Shown here piece after piece: positions 12,735-27,620 of a stretch of DNA of 64,000 nt. Below the pieces are notes generated by a model. The model searched no databases. It was not told the origin of the DNA and worked only from the letters and a program-made list of their open reading frames with translations. Location: positions 60,822,001 through 60,886,000 of the forward strand of contig OZ024745.1 of the NCBI GenBank assembly GCA_964016885.1, written 5' to 3'. This DNA is from Eledone cirrhosa. Lineage: Eukaryota. A program made the translations under genes and the position numbers. Numbering within the stretch: position 1 is the first letter of the stretch; every line of letters starts with the position of its first letter.

Positions 12735-12850
12735 TTTCCATCGTCAGCTGTAAATGTTTCCCGAACCGATGTTTCGGCGCTGAATTACAGGACATCGGTG
12801 TAGTTCTGGTGCGCCCGACGCCTTTTATTAATCAAAAGGCCAGGTGGAAA
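12735..12850 (-). ncRNA. Rewired hammerhead-like ribozyme, second sequence-unrelated family, predicted GUC site at 12793-12791
   Basis: Minus strand TTTCCA CCTG [GCCTTTT/AAAAGGC] GTCG GGCGC A CCAGAAC TACA CCGATGT C^ CTGTAA TTCA GCGCC GAA ACATCG GTTCGGG AAACAT TTACAG CTGACGA TGGAAA. Confidence 0.7.
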
Positions 12851-13346
12851 AGGAGAGAGAAAAAGAGAGAACAAAAGGAGAGAGAAAAGGAAAGAGAGGG
12901 GAAAGGAGGAAAACAGGGGGGAAAAGATGAGGAGAGAGAGGGAGAGGGGGAAAATAGGAAAGGAATGGAAGAAAAAAAGTGTGCAGGTCCCATCGTGGGA
13001 AGACACAGGTGAAAGAAACATGCAAAAAAGTAACCGTGGAAAAATAGGGAAAGTAAGTTGTGGCCAACCTGGGAGACTTTAGCCTGGGGGTCAGTTACGA
13101 CTCAGAACTGGTTTAATCGTGCTGCCTCTCAGATAGACAGGAGAAAGTGAGAGAGAGACACGGGCAACCAAAAGGGTGGGAGGAGAAGGGAGAGGACGAT
13201 AATCCAGAAGGGTTTATCTACGGCGGTGGTAAAAACCATATAAGCAAAAGGGATATTCAATTTGTTGGTAATTCAACAAATATAAATGTTTATAACTGAT
13301 TCAGAGCACTCGACAGCTTTAGTTATAGTTTCCTTTATTTAATATC

Positions 13347-13446
<100 letters not shown>

Positions 13447-13981
13447 GAGCGAGGGAGAGAGAGAGTTTGAGGCGCGAGAGTATTAAAATTCGTAGACTAA
13501 TGGAAAGAACTCTGTTAAAATAGCAAAACGCCGTCAATGATGGCGTCGGGTAAAATTTACTTCTGTGTGTGTGTGTGTGTGTGTGTGTGATATGATTGCA
13601 TGATGTGATTGTGTATGTGATTGTGTGCATATGCTGATTAAAAACAACAACTCAAATATAGACTCTTTGGGATGTTTTACAAATCTTTATTGTACCACTA
13701 ATCAACTGGATTTGGAGGATGCGAGTCGGTTTGCTTTGTTATTTATTATGCATGTATATATTGTATGTATATAATATTGTCGAACATTAGATTTTTGGGA
13801 TATTCTGAAAGAGAAAACAAATGTTTTTAAACTTACTGAGGCTAGGTCGAAACCGCAATTATTTGTGTCCTCTCTAAATTGTTACAGATCAGAAAAATAT
13901 TTTCGTAGGTGTATATAGAATGGACATTCATACAAACATACTCATATATACGTGCCCATACACATATGTTCTTGAGCGCGC

Positions 13982-14119
<138 letters not shown>

Positions 14120-14349
14120 ACGGGTAGGTACGGGTAGCTACATGTGTGCATGTGTAAATAAATGATTTCCACTTGTCTAGTTTGACAGTAGCATGATACA
14201 CCTACTTGACAGGCAAACTCTAGTTAGCCTCAGTTTTAGGTACCATAAACTATCAATGTGAAATTACTCCAATAATTCTAGCATCAGGTTGGCAATAGTT
14301 AATCTAAAATTATGTATTAAAGATGCACCCTCAGGCATACGTGCTTATC

Positions 14350-14900
14350 AATAATAATAATAATAATAATAGTTTCGGATTTAGGCACAAGGCCAGCAAT
14401 TTTGGGGCGGGGAAAGTCGTTTAAATCGACCTCAGTGCATAACTGGTACTTTATTTTATCGACACCGTAAGGATGAAAGGCAAAGCTAACCTCGGCGGGA
14501 TTTAAGCTCAGAACGTAAAGGGCCACCTCTTATCAATAATAATAATAGTTTCTACTTTAGACACAAGGCCAGCAATTTTAGGGGCGAGGAAAGTCGTTTA
14601 AATCGATCTCAGTGCATTACTGGTACTTTATTTTATTTACACCGTAAGGATGAACGGCAAAGCTAACCTCGGTGGGATTTAAACTCAGAACGTAAAGGGC
14701 TACCTTCTTATCAATAATAATAATAATAATTGTTTCTATTTTAGGCACAAGGCCAGCAATTACGCAGTACATTACTGGTACTTTATTTTATCGACCCCGT
14801 AAGGATGAAAGGCAAAGTTAACCTCGGCGGGATTTGAATAATAATAATAATAATAGTTTCTAGTTTAGGCACAAGGCCAGCAATTTGAAGGGGAGGGAAA
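14350..14900 (-). mobile_element. Cluster of truncated family A SINEs with (AAT)n tails
   Basis: Four successive partial copies. Confidence 0.8.
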
Positions 14901-15679
14901 GATGATATCTCTGCCAAGATTATCAAGTTATTTTTGTTTTCTGTTATGATTTGTAAATAGAATTCCAACTTTTTAGTATTGCCAAAGTCTGTGAGTTGAA
15001 CCACCAACGAAAGAAATTAATCGAAATTTGAGATCAAATTACTTTCAAACCAGCTGAAGAAAATTAATCAAGCAGCTCTATTTTTTTAGCAGCTGTAGAG
15101 TGCATATCTTGGTTTTTAAATGCTGCTGATTATTCATTATAGACACATCACATTAATCACATAAGCGTTAGATTAATCCAGCCTAATGTCACTTACATCT
15201 ACATTATAATTACCTGTATATCTATCATTGTAGCTTATATTTATATTTATTGACAAGATTCCTATGCACTTTAAACATTTACAGAGTATTTCAAATTTAT
15301 TAGAACTTTACAAAAATTATTTTGCAACTAAATAAATTTCTTTGAATATAATGTTGAAACTAATTCGCTAAAGATATATTATTATAACTCGACGTGTGTA
15401 TATATGCATCTGTAACTCCTGATGGAGACGTAGTGACATACAGCATATCTTGGGCAATTTTAAAACTGGCGGAACCCACCTTCTTGCCAAGTCTGAGCAT
15501 AACCGATTTCTTCCAGAAAAGGTTAGAAAGTAAGAAAGAGATATAGAGGAAGAATTGGCCTTAATACTGGACTGGTACTTATTTTTGTCAACATCGAAAG
15601 AATGAAAGGCAATGTTGATTTCGGCGGTATTTGAACTCATAAGCAAAATAAGCACATACTTAGGGCATCGAGGGATAAG

Positions 15680-15990
15680 GGTACCACGGAGATTTTCCAT
15701 TGTCAGATTTACCATGGAGCATATAATACGCATCATCGAGAAAAACAATGAATTCCAAGTAGCACTTGCTATAACATTCATTGACTTTACTAAATCACTT
15801 GATAGTCTACATAGACCATCCTTATGGAATATCACGTGAGCCTATGGCATAACATGCAAAGTTATTTAAGCCATCAAGGATATATATATACTAGTTCAAA
15901 ATGGTGCGTAAAAACTGAAAATGGTTGTAGTGAATGGTTTAAGGTTATCACAGGAGTCCGCCAAGGATGCCCGCTGTCTCCTCGTGTATT
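15680..15990 (+). pseudogene. RTE-clade reverse transcriptase fragment
   Basis: FIDFTKSLDSLHRPSLW and SEWFKVITGVRQGCPLSP motifs, with a stop codon and frameshift. Confidence 0.8.
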
Positions 15991-16072
15991 CAGTCAGCCA
16001 TTTTGGAATGTATGTATGTATGTATGTATGTATGTATGTATGTATGTATGTATGTATGTATGTATGTATGTA

Positions 16073-16227
<155 letters not shown>

Positions 16228-16329
16228 ATGTGCGTGTGTGTGTGTGAAATTAAAATAAATACAATTGCGGATGGCAACGAAGTTGTGTTTTAATGGAAAA
16301 ACTATAATTAGATAAATATATTGAAGAAA

Positions 16330-16655
16330 GAATCGTTGGACAGATTTTTTATGGGCAAAACCAGCCGACAGGAGACCCAGTGGTAGACCCCGAGCAAGAT
16401 GGTTGGATAGCATGCATCAGCTTGGATGGTCATGCTTGGGGATCCAGCTGGATCAGTTGGAGACGGTTGCTTCTGACAGGGTCCACTGGAATGAATGTTT
16501 GAGGACTCAGCCCCCACGACCCTTTCATGGAATAAGTGGGCGAAGAAGAAGAAGAAGAAGAAGAAGAAGAAGAAGAAGAAGAAGAAGAAGAAGAAGAAGA
16601 AGAAGAAGAAGAAGAAGAAGAAGAAGAAGAAGAAGAAGAAGAAGAAGAAGAAGAA
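16330..16655 (+). mobile_element. RTE-clade LINE 3' end with (AAG)n tail
   Basis: RRPSGRPRARWLD ... ASDRVHW motifs, then a long AAG run. Confidence 0.7.
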
Positions 16656-16988
16656 TTTTTTCTTCTTTTTCATTTAATAAATGTCTCACTCAAAGAGAGA
16701 AAAAGAATGTGAAGACTTTTAAGTATTTAGGGATTGAAAGGGACATAATCTGGGCATGCCATCGAGGAAAGGTCTGCGTGAAGATCTGATTGGTTAGACA
16801 TGGCTGCCATACTTTCCAAATTACATTCAAATGTCATAAACAGGAAAGATACATTAGATAATGTAATGTTAGATACAGTAACAACAACAACGAGGACAAT
16901 AATGATAGCTTGAAAAATAAAAATAAAAATTACAGCCATTTCGAGTTTATATAGTAAATCACACCACAATTGTGTATTATATATAAGT

Positions 16989-17130
16989 ACTAGCAGAATG
17001 GCCTGGCGTTGCTCGGGATTTTCTCTAGGGTTCTTATATATTTGATATATATTTATACTTATCGAGCCTCGTGAAATAAATGTTTGTTTATATTTATTTT
17101 GTTATTGTGTATGCAAAAATATCTGTACAC

Positions 17131-17178
<48 letters not shown>

Positions 17179-17300
17179 CAGATTAAAGTTTAAGCAAAGA
17201 ATCGTTGCTTTCACCCTTAACGGGATCTTCTGAAACTAAAAAAAATCAATCTGTGAACGCAGAAGTAAATATTTCGAAAAACGTTACACACTATATATAA

Positions 17301-17372
<72 letters not shown>

Positions 17373-17628
17373 ACACAGCGTCATAATGTCGTAACGCAGA
17401 CAGCCAGACAAACAGACAGATATTATAAGGGCGCAAAGTTATATCTATGTATCTATCTAAAAAGAAAGACTAAGAATTATAGAGAGAAATCGCTAAATCG
17501 CCTAATGCGGTCCCTAGGGCATTGACAATTTGAAATTGTTTTTTCTCAAAACACTCACAGGACCATAAGTATTACATGTGTAAAGTTTTAAAACTATCGG
17601 TTGGGTGGGTCTCGAGTTTTAGTGAGCT

Positions 17629-17676
<48 letters not shown>

Positions 17677-17699
17677 TTCTCTGTTTTAGATATATAGAT
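16989..17699. mobile_element. Helentron-associated (DINE-1/HINE-like) non-autonomous element
   Basis: Starts ACTAGC...CCTGGCGTTGCTCGGG, has (CAGA)n near the other end and ends TATATAGAT. Internal blocks are shared with 18674-19532. Confidence 0.6.
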
Positions 17700-18043
17700 A
17701 ATATTAATATCGGTGGATTGGCAGTATCGGTAGAGGGTCGGACGCCATGCTTTGACGCATAGAGTCTTGCCATTCTGAGTTCAAATTCCGCCGAGGTTAA
17801 CTTTGCCCTTCATCCTTACGCGGTCGATAAAATAAAGTACCAGTAATGCACTGGGATAATTGCTGGCCTTGTGCCGAAAGTAGAAACAATTAATAGCTCT
17901 TTAAAGAGATAAAAGGAAAAGTGGAGTGGATCAAATTTCCACTTCTTCACTCCCAATTGTCTTGCTTATATGTACATACACACATACATATACACATTTA
18001 CACACGCACACATACATACACACACACACATATGTACATACAT

Positions 18044-18074
<31 letters not shown>

Positions 18075-18179
18075 CACATATATGTACATACATACTCATA
18101 CACACACACACACACACATATATATATACACATCTATGTACATACATACTCATTCACACACACACACACACACACACAT

Positions 18180-18212
<33 letters not shown>

Positions 18213-18673
18213 CCCCCATACATATATATATATGTACAGACACACCCTATTTTCTCCGTCCCATATAATTATATCTGGTCTAATCTTTACATTTTCCTGA
18301 GGATTTGGCAGGAAGATAGGAAGATTCCATCAGTACTCTTTCATATTATGTATGAGTATGTTTTCCACTTCACTGTAATTACACTGCGGCCATGCTACGG
18401 TCTAATTTGATATTTTTAGCATTCTAAAAAGACGGAATAAAATCTCACATATATAAATTTCAAACTCTACATAGTAAATCATAAATGTTTACATTCTAGC
18501 TAGAAGTGTTATAACATTCTAAAAGACAAACCAAAGTCTCTCCAGCTCCTTAGTAGAGTGGCTAACGTGTTAACACGGTACTCCGTAGATGAGCTGTTCG
18601 ATTTCTCACAGGTGCTTCCACTTTTTTCCATATTTAAGAGTATTTTACCCAGTTTCCTCAACTATTATTTATA

Positions 18674-19532
18674 ACTAGCAGTGGTACCCGGCGTTGCACG
18701 AGATAGGGTATTTTGGAACGCGAGCCGCCAACAGACATAATCGTGGAAAAACTGCATGGCTGGAAAATATGTAAAGAAAATAAACTGAATACTCTGATGG
18801 CTGGATAATCTTTAAGATTTTCTTCGAGGAAGCAGGAAAAGGGAATCAAGAAAATAAATTTTTTTTATGTGTATAATATGAAATTTCGGGAAAATCGGCT
18901 AGACGTAACGCCTCAAAAAAGTGCTAAAAAACTGAAAAAAATGAAGTTTTTCACCTAATGCGGGCCCTATTTGGATTTTCTTTGCTCACGGTATGAAGAA
19001 GAGACTGACTAATACATAGTTACAATTTCAAGGAAATCGGTCTGACGTAACGCCTAAAAAAACCCTAAAAAGCTTAAAAAACGCAGTTTTTCCCCTAATG
19101 CGGACGCTAGAAGATCACATGTAATATACATGATACACATGTAAAGTTTGAAAAATATACATGATACACATGTAAAGTTTGAAAAAAATCGGTTGGGTAC
19201 TTCTCGAGTTTTAGGGATTCAAACTCACAGACACACACACACACAGACAGACATCTTCAGGGAAGTGACGTAATGCAGACAGACAGACATACAGACAGAT
19301 ATTATAAGGGGGCGACGTTATATGTATGTATCTATCTAAAAAGAGAAAGACTAAGAATTATAGAGAGAGATCGCTAAATCGCCTAATGCGGTCCCTAGGG
19401 CATTGAAAATTTGAAATTTTTTTTGCTCAGGACACATCCCTGAAACATAAGTATTACATGTGTAAAGTTTGAAAACAGGGATTCAAACTCACACACACAC
19501 AGACAAACATCCTCAGTTTTATATATATAGAT
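18674..19532. mobile_element. Helentron-associated non-autonomous element, second copy
   Basis: ACTAGC...CCCGGCGTTGCACG start, TTTTATATATATAGAT end, internal duplications. Confidence 0.6.
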
Positions 19533-19719
19533 GATTGATTTTTATTACAATCATTTTTTTTTCGTTCGAGACGTTCACATTTTCCAATTTCAAACACTCC
19601 CAGCGCTATGTGAATCATAATGTTTATGTATGTATCTATTATGTATGTATGTATGTATGTATGTATGTATGTATGTATGTATGTATGTATGTATGTATGT
19701 ATGTATGTATGTATGTATG

Positions 19720-20277
19720 TTCTTCTGGTTTTATAATTTCACAAAGTTTTACCAATAGAGAGAGAGTCGGTTTCTAACATAGACACAAGACTCTCTCATT
19801 GGAATTTACACAACATCAACTAGGTAGATATGTATGTATGTCTGCATGCATGCATGTGTAGATATGGATGTTATTGTATGTGTGGATGTGTATGTTTTGA
19901 GTTGTATGTGTGCATGTGTGTATGCTTTGTATCTGTACATGTGTATATGCAGTTATTAGATGCAAAATTTTTGGAATGTTTTACATATTTTTACTGTTCC
20001 ATTAATGGATTGTACTTGTAATTTCCTAACTAGTTGTGTTCTTTCTGTTCCTGTGAAGCCTAGCTTCTCAAGATTTGTATTGAGGCAGTTACTAACATAT
20101 CCCAGTGCCCCAATAATCACAGGCATAGATCTGAAGGTGTAATCAGGGTGGAGTATCTGCAGATTTCTCATCAGTTCTGCATAAATATTCTCCTTTTCAC
20201 TAATCTTTGATATTATATTGGCATCTGCTGGGCAGCTAATTTCCACTACTGTGCATGTTTTCTTCTCCCTGTCCCGT
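19720..20277 (-). mobile_element. R4/Dong-like LINE 3' fragment in (TATG)n
   Basis: VVEISCPADANI...KENIYAEL...PVIIGALG...KICKTF, an RLE C-terminus. Confidence 0.75.
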
Positions 20278-20759
20278 ATGTATGTATGTACAAAGGGCAG
20301 AAGAACTCATAATAGTCAACGGCCATCCAAAAGTGTGTAAATATGTATATACACATGTACCGCGCAGTTAAACCACTGGGAGTGAAGGACCTCTAGCCTT
20401 TGTCAGGACATTCTTCTAGGAGAAGGCAACTCAGGAAACTGGGATAACTCCGATATAAAACCTGCGGCTTAGTAGTTACCGATGATGTAGATTTTTTCTT
20501 CTTTTCGGGTTATAGCTACTGTCGCTCAGAGAGTGGGATTGGCTCAGTGCATAGTCTTTCCCCACTTTAAAAAATATCTTCACGCACAGTCATTGCACGA
20601 TAGAATTAATTAATAATTATTAATAATGGTATATCGTGCAATGGCCACACTTGATAACGAGGGGGAAGCCATCATGTATGTATGTATGTATGTATGTATG
20701 TATGTATGTATGTATGTATGTATGTATGTATGTATGTATGTATGTATGTATGTATGTAT

Positions 20760-21368
20760 GTCAGGTCACCAGTTGGTGCTACTGGTAACATGTATCCCAG
20801 TACAACCTGTCTCATGGTCGGGTCGTTGGCGACTAAACTGGCAACCCCACCAAGGTTTCTTGGTGAGGAGGGTGACTTTGGACATCCTGCAGGACTAAAA
20901 ACAAAACCTGTCAAAGGGAAAAGGAGCTCTTAAGAGTCAATGGCCATCCAAAATCACCGGGAGAGATGACCCCTTAGCCTTTGTCAAGGCAGAATTCTAG
21001 GAGAAGGAAAACTCTGATATAACACCTGCAACCCTGATGGTATCCAATGATGTTGACTTGTTCTTCTTTTTGGTAAATATCATCTTGGTTAAGAGAGTGG
21101 GACTGGCTTTGTGCAGTGCCTTTGCTCACTATAAAAGCTTCACGGCACAGGCATTGCTTTATATCTGGAGATCTCTCTGCACTTGTCCTCACATGGTACC
21201 ATGGGCCCAGCACTATGTGTCAATAATTGTCACAAGTGTAGTGTTTGTACCAGAGTTTTCAAGTCGCTGGCTGGACTAAAAAGTCACACTCGTTCAGCGC
21301 ATCAGTAGGGGTTCTCCTACATGGATATAAAGTAGTGGCCGTACTCGAAAACGAGTTGGCAGCCCCCA
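20760..21368 (+). mobile_element. About 610-bp non-autonomous retroposon (RTE 5'-end-like)
   Basis: Closely similar copies at 44327-44840 (-), 44952-45510 (-) and 52186-52794 (+), always bounded by microsatellite. The GGAGAAGGAAAACTCTGA..AACC motif is typical of RTE 5' UTRs. Confidence 0.65.
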
Positions 21369-21406
21369 TGTATGTATGTATGTATGTATGTATGTATGTA
21401 TGTATG

Positions 21407-22049
21407 TTTATCTCTTTCTCTTAATTTCGAGTACATTTTTTTTGACCGGCCACCTTCCTGGTGGCAAGGTTGTAAAAGAAAAGAAATTGTCATCCCTTCA
21501 ATCGCAAGAATGTTTTGCAAATTTTGAAGGTGCCAGCTATCGCAGCCATTTGTAGACTATGAATTAGGGAGCTGCGCTTTTTGTCCGCAAATCCAAGTTC
21601 AGTCATACTTTGGTCCAAGCGGGTTGGTATATAACCCGTAGCTCCAATAATGATGGGTATGAAGCTAAAGGTGTATCTTGGATACTGGATTTGTAAACTC
21701 CTCATCAATGATCCGTAGATGTCCTCCTTCTCCTGTATTTTTCTGACAACGTTTACACAAGTGGGCAGCTGATCTCCACAACAGAACACGTTTTCAATGT
21801 GTGGTCCCAAACAACAATATCAGGCAGGTTGTGCCTAATTTGGTGGCAGTTTTTATTTTCAGGTTCCACCAGTATTCCTTAGTGCCATCTGTCTCAATAT
21901 ATTCTTCCTCGTTTGTTGTTAATTTTGTTTTCCGAAGTGCGTTGCAGATGGTTCCAGCTATCCCATCGTGTCTCATGGGGAGGTAGTAGCGAGATGACAT
22001 TCTTTCGCAGCTGGCAACAATGTGGCTTACATCCTCGATCTTTGTTTTT
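21407..22049 (-). mobile_element. R4/Dong-like LINE 3' fragment
   Basis: MSSRYYLPMRHDGIA, EYWWN and PIIIGATG...KICKTFLRLKG. Near-identical to 43569-44200. Confidence 0.8.
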
Positions 22050-22856
22050 ATGTATGTATGTATGTATGTATGTATGTATGTATGTATGTATGTATGTATG
22101 TATGTATGTATGTATGTATGTACTTATGTATGTACGTATGCATGTATGTAGTTATGTATGTACGTATGTATGTATGTATTTTTAACACCTTTAGACAGGG
22201 GCGGTGGAAGCATTTCTGAATTGGGTGGGGTGAAGAAAATCTGGTCAATTTAGTTGTAGTGATTAGTTTAGCTGTTATCAAATATCTACCAAGATATTAA
22301 AAAAACTTTGATGAGCGATAAACATAACATGTACATAAATTGTAGTGCATATTTTAAAATACTGTAGATGTGTTATTTGGTAGTTTGGAGAGAAAAATAT
22401 AATTATTGGCGGGGTGACCCTCCACCCTAGTTCTACGGTTCCTATTAGAGGGAGATTTTGTCTTCTAATTGCTGAGATAATCTCAGTTATTTGAAGTCTT
22501 TCAACACACGTTAGTATTTGTTTAAGTATTTATCTATTTATATATTTATGACGCAATGTTCCGTGACACCGAACTGCGTGGGATTAAATACAGGAAGCGA
22601 CGTCCAATCATCGCCATCTGGTTGAAACCGGAAATCTAGTAATGATTTCTATAGTATGAGTGAGTGTGACAGTGTGCGGATGTGTGCGTGCGTGTGTGGA
22701 TGTGCGGATGTGTGAGTGTGTGAGTGTGTCATATGTCAAGCGCGTGTCTCGTATCGGAAAGCTTGTGTGAGTCTAGTTTTAAAGTATTATAATTTGATCT
22801 CGCATTTCGAATAATTTCTATCACAGAAGTTTCAACGCACAAATTTTAGCAATGTT

Positions 22857-22895
<39 letters not shown>

Positions 22896-23335
22896 TACGT
22901 GCATGCACACTCACGCATACATAGACAGACAAGCAGACAATTAGAGAGATAGTCAGACAGACAGATAGACAGCCAAACAGGCAGATAGACAGATAGACAG
23001 ACAGATAGACAGTCAAACAGACAAATAGACAGACAGACAGATAGCAAATAGACAGATACACAGGCAGGCAGACATAGACAGACAGACAGATAGAGGGTCA
23101 AACAGACAGATAGATAGTCAGACAGATAGACAGTTAAACAAGCAGATAGACAGACAGACACACAGATAGTCAACCAGATAGGCAGACATACAGCCAGGCA
23201 GAGAGATAGATAGCCAGGCAGACAGATAGATAGCCAGACAGACACACAGATAGTCAACCAGATAGGCAGACATACAGCCAGACAGAGAGATAGATAGCCA
23301 GGCAGACAGATAGACAGTCAGACAGACACACAGCC

Positions 23336-23368
<33 letters not shown>

Positions 23369-23921
23369 GAGAGAGAGAACCAGACCGACAGAATGACAGC
23401 CAGATAATCAGCCAGCCAGACAGACAGATAGTCAGACAGATAGATTAAACGTATTTGTAGGTTTTATCTCCCGTCATCTCGAGGTCAACTTTGCTTTTCA
23501 TCCTTTCGTGGTCGATAAAAAAAGTACCAGTCCAGTACTGGGATCAATTCTTCTTCTATATCTCTTTCTCGCGTCCTCTCTACATCCACCCTCTCTACAT
23601 CCACCCTCTCTACATCCACCCTCTCTTTCTCCGGAAGAAATCGGCTGTGTTCAATCTTGGAAAGAGGGGATGAGTCCCACCAGGTTTTTAATGCCCAAGA
23701 CAGTCTGTATGTCACTTTGGTACACCTACGACGCTATCAAGAGTTACTGGCCAATACATAAATACCCCCAAATAACCCCCCCCCCCCACACACACACACA
23801 CTTAGCTATAGGTTCTTAATGCTGAAGATATCCCTTGACTATCTACACAAAAGCTGTCACTAACACTAATGATTTTTTGGGGTTTTGTCTGTTTATCGTG
23901 CTATAATCTCTGTGTGTGCCC

Positions 23922-23988
<67 letters not shown>

Positions 23989-24413
23989 TGTTTGTGTGTG
24001 TGGTGTGACTATTGTTTTCTGTGTATGCGAGAGCGTGTCTCTTTTCATATTATTGTATGTTATTGTCATTTATTTACCAAGTTTACTTGATAAACCCAGC
24101 AAAACTATAGAGACACAGTGACATGGTTTTTGTGAGATATATAAAGAGATATGCATAAATGAAATATATTTGGATATGAATGTCGGCATGGTTAACTTTA
24201 ACTTGTACTGCGTAGTTGAAAATGAATCGGGGGGAAGTGTGGGGTGGAGATTGGGGAGAGAGGGTAAATGTGTGTATGGAACAGTGACTGTTGATGGAGT
24301 TGTAGAGGTGTCATAATAACATACGACCTATCTTGGCCATTATAAATTTGGCGGAGCTCATTCCTCTCCAGGTATGAACACAGCTGATTTCTTCCAGAGA
24401 AGGAGAGAGAGGG

Positions 24414-24504
<91 letters not shown>

Positions 24505-27039
24505 GAAATTGAAAAAAGTACATAGAGGAAAAATTGACCCCAGTACTAGATTGGTATTTTTTTAACGACTATGAAAGAATGAAAGAGAGAGGGGGGGGGG
24601 GGGCAGAGAGGGGGGCGAGAGAGAGGGGGGATTGAAACAGGTACATAGAGGAAAAATCGACCCCAGTACTAGATTGGTATTTTTTTTTATGACCACGAAA
24701 GAATGAAAGGTATAGTTGCTCTCGGTTGGATTTGAACTCATAAAAAGGAAAGGAGCTGATCGTTAGATCGTACCAATGAAATTATGTTTTCAGTGCTAAT
24801 ACTATCTTCTGGCTGCAACTCCTGGCAAAAGGAGGTAAGATTTGAACTCAGAACGCAGAGAGAAAGGTCAGACACTGCAAAATATCTTGACTGTTAACAA
24901 CTTCATCAACCCCCCATCCTTAGACTGGTTTTTTATTTAACAAACATTAAAAGGAAAAAAGACAAAGTTGACCTTGGTGAGATTTGAACACAGTGAATAA
25001 GAATAAATGATATGGCGTTTTATCTTACATACTAGCCACATGATATTTTATTTCTGGGGATAATTATTCGTTCGATAAATATGAAACATTGAATTCATAC
25101 AATTCAGAAATGATATAATTTTGATAAATAATTGTTTCTACTTTTGGCACAAGGCCAGCAATTACCCAGTGTATTACTGGTACTTTATTTTATCGACCCC
25201 GTAAGGATGAAAGGCAAAGTCAACCTCGGCGGGATTTGAACTCAGATCGTTAAGGGACGTAACTATGCTGGAAAGCATGGCGTCGGACCCCCTACCGATA
25301 CTGCCAATCCACCGCCTTATTTTGATAAATAATAGTTTCTACTTTTGGCACAAGGCCAGCAATTACCCAATGCATTACTAGTACTTTATTCTATCGACCC
25401 CGGAAGGATGAAAGGCAAAGTTAAAATAATGGTTTCTGATTTAGGCACAGGGTCAATAATTTTTTGAAGAGGAGAAGGTCACTTAAATCGACCCTAGTGC
25501 GATACTAGTGCTTTATTTTCGCAACCCCAAAGGCAAAGTTAATCTCGGCAGGATTTGAAATCAGAACATAAAGTACCGTAACTATATGCCGCGAAGCATG
25601 GTGTCCCACGCTCTACCGATACTGCCAATCCACCGCCAGTCTTTCTTCATACCCTTTCATTCATTCGCCCTTTTTATCAATATATAAAGAAACTACCAAA
25701 TACTGGGACGAGCCATCTCTCACAATCCGCTATGCTGTGCCGCGAGAGCACTGTGACTCTTGCCTACAATAAATGGAGGATGGTTGAGTGAGCAGCTAGA
25801 AACTTCTCATCTAACATCCTACAAAAAAAAAAAAAAAACTCAGAGAAACCAGAGTTCACGGCTGGCGCTGTCAGATCGATGTATGGTATGGTATAAAAAG
25901 GATACTATATTACATGATGTTTTGGGTCACCGTCCGTTGCGACGATGAGTGTTACAGTTGTTCTGTAGTGACCTACATTCTGATGGCTCTTAAATACATT
26001 CTGCATACGTTGTTTGGCTCAGTTCAGCCAATTGCTACCAGCGTAGGGAAATGTATTTCAACTTCCGCCGAAAGGGAAAAATTTCCGCTTCGCTTCGAAA
26101 ATCTCTCTCTTTGAATCTCGTCACCAGAAGGTAAACATCTCTTGATTTCGTTCCTCAAGCATAGACAATATGTAGCAACAAATATCACTACGCGTCTGGC
26201 TAACGCCTCAGCCAGTTGACCGTACCTCCTTAAACTCTTAATTTGTCTATTCACTTCATTATGGCATGCCAGCTAAACCTTTGTAATCGGTTTGTAAATA
26301 AATAATATATTATAAACATTATAAAGTCGTATGATGATATTTTCCACAACATTCCCTTGAACTGCTTCTTCGGTTACTCTCTGTGATACAATACACAAAC
26401 AAATATTAACATTCTCAACACATATAACTATCCATTAACTCTCTCAATTAACAATAACACAAAAATACTTATTTCTAAAGTTCAAATAACGGAACAGCCT
26501 GCTCGTGAAATTAACTAGTGCCTGAGCATTCCACATTCATATGCACCTTTAATGTAGTTTTCGGGGAGATTTAACGTGACACAGTGTGTGACAAGTTTGG
26601 GCCCTTTGAATTACAGTAACAACTCATTTTTGTCTGCTGAGTGGATTGAAGCAACGTGAAATAAAATATCTTGCTCAAAGACACAATGTACCGTCAGGAA
26701 TCGAACTCACAACCTTACGACTCTGAGCTGAACATCTTAACCACTAAACCGCGCATCTTCACAGATCCTGATGTACAAAAGGACGGAATGGTCACATCTA
26801 GACCATTGATCTATTCAGTGAGGGCTAACCTCGGGTTAAACAATAACAACAACGTACACAATATTTCACGAAACAATAGCCCCCTATATAATGTAGTCAT
26901 AGTTTCTCTGAACATGAGGGCAAAGGGAATCGTTAGACTACCTTCCATCATAGTTCTGTTCGATCAGGTTTAATCTGAGCTGAAACACCACCACCACCAC
27001 CAGCACAAACAGCAACAACAACAACAACACCGCCACTAC

Positions 27040-27620
27040 CACCATACACTACAGCACTATACTACAAAACACTACACTACAATACACCATACTATCCTAA
27101 ACCATACTACACTAAACTACACTACAATACTCTACACTACAATACATTACATTACACTACGCTACACTACACTATGGTACACCACTGCATTACATTACAC
27201 TACACATCACTATACTACACTACAATACTACAATACACTATACTACAATACATTGCAATAGACTACACTACATTACACTACACTACACTACACTACAGTA
27301 CAATACACTACACTACAATATGATACACTACAATACACTACAATATGATACACTACACTACAATACCCCACCATACACTACAGTACAATACGATACACTA
27401 CAATACACTACACTACACTACACTACACTACACTACACTACACTACAATACCCCACCATACACTACAGTACAATACACTACAATACACTACACTACACTA
27501 CACTACACTACACTACACTACACTACAATACCCCACCATACACTACACTACAATACGATACACTACAATACACTGCACTACAACACACTGCACTATACTA
27601 CACTACACCATACTACAATA
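27040..27620. repeat. Degenerate pentanucleotide (ACACT/ACAAT)n array
   Basis: Read directly. Confidence 0.95.

Noticed and set aside
20760-20850. HDV-like ribozyme at the 5' end of the 610-bp retroposon
   Set aside because: P4-like (GTCG/CGAC), CTAA and P2-like (CCAGT/ACTGG) pieces exist, but I could not build convincing P1, P3 and L3 elements.
26024-26275. Minus-strand open frame in non-repetitive sequence as a host exon
   Set aside because: No recognisable domain and no supported splice partner. Not excluded without RNA-seq.
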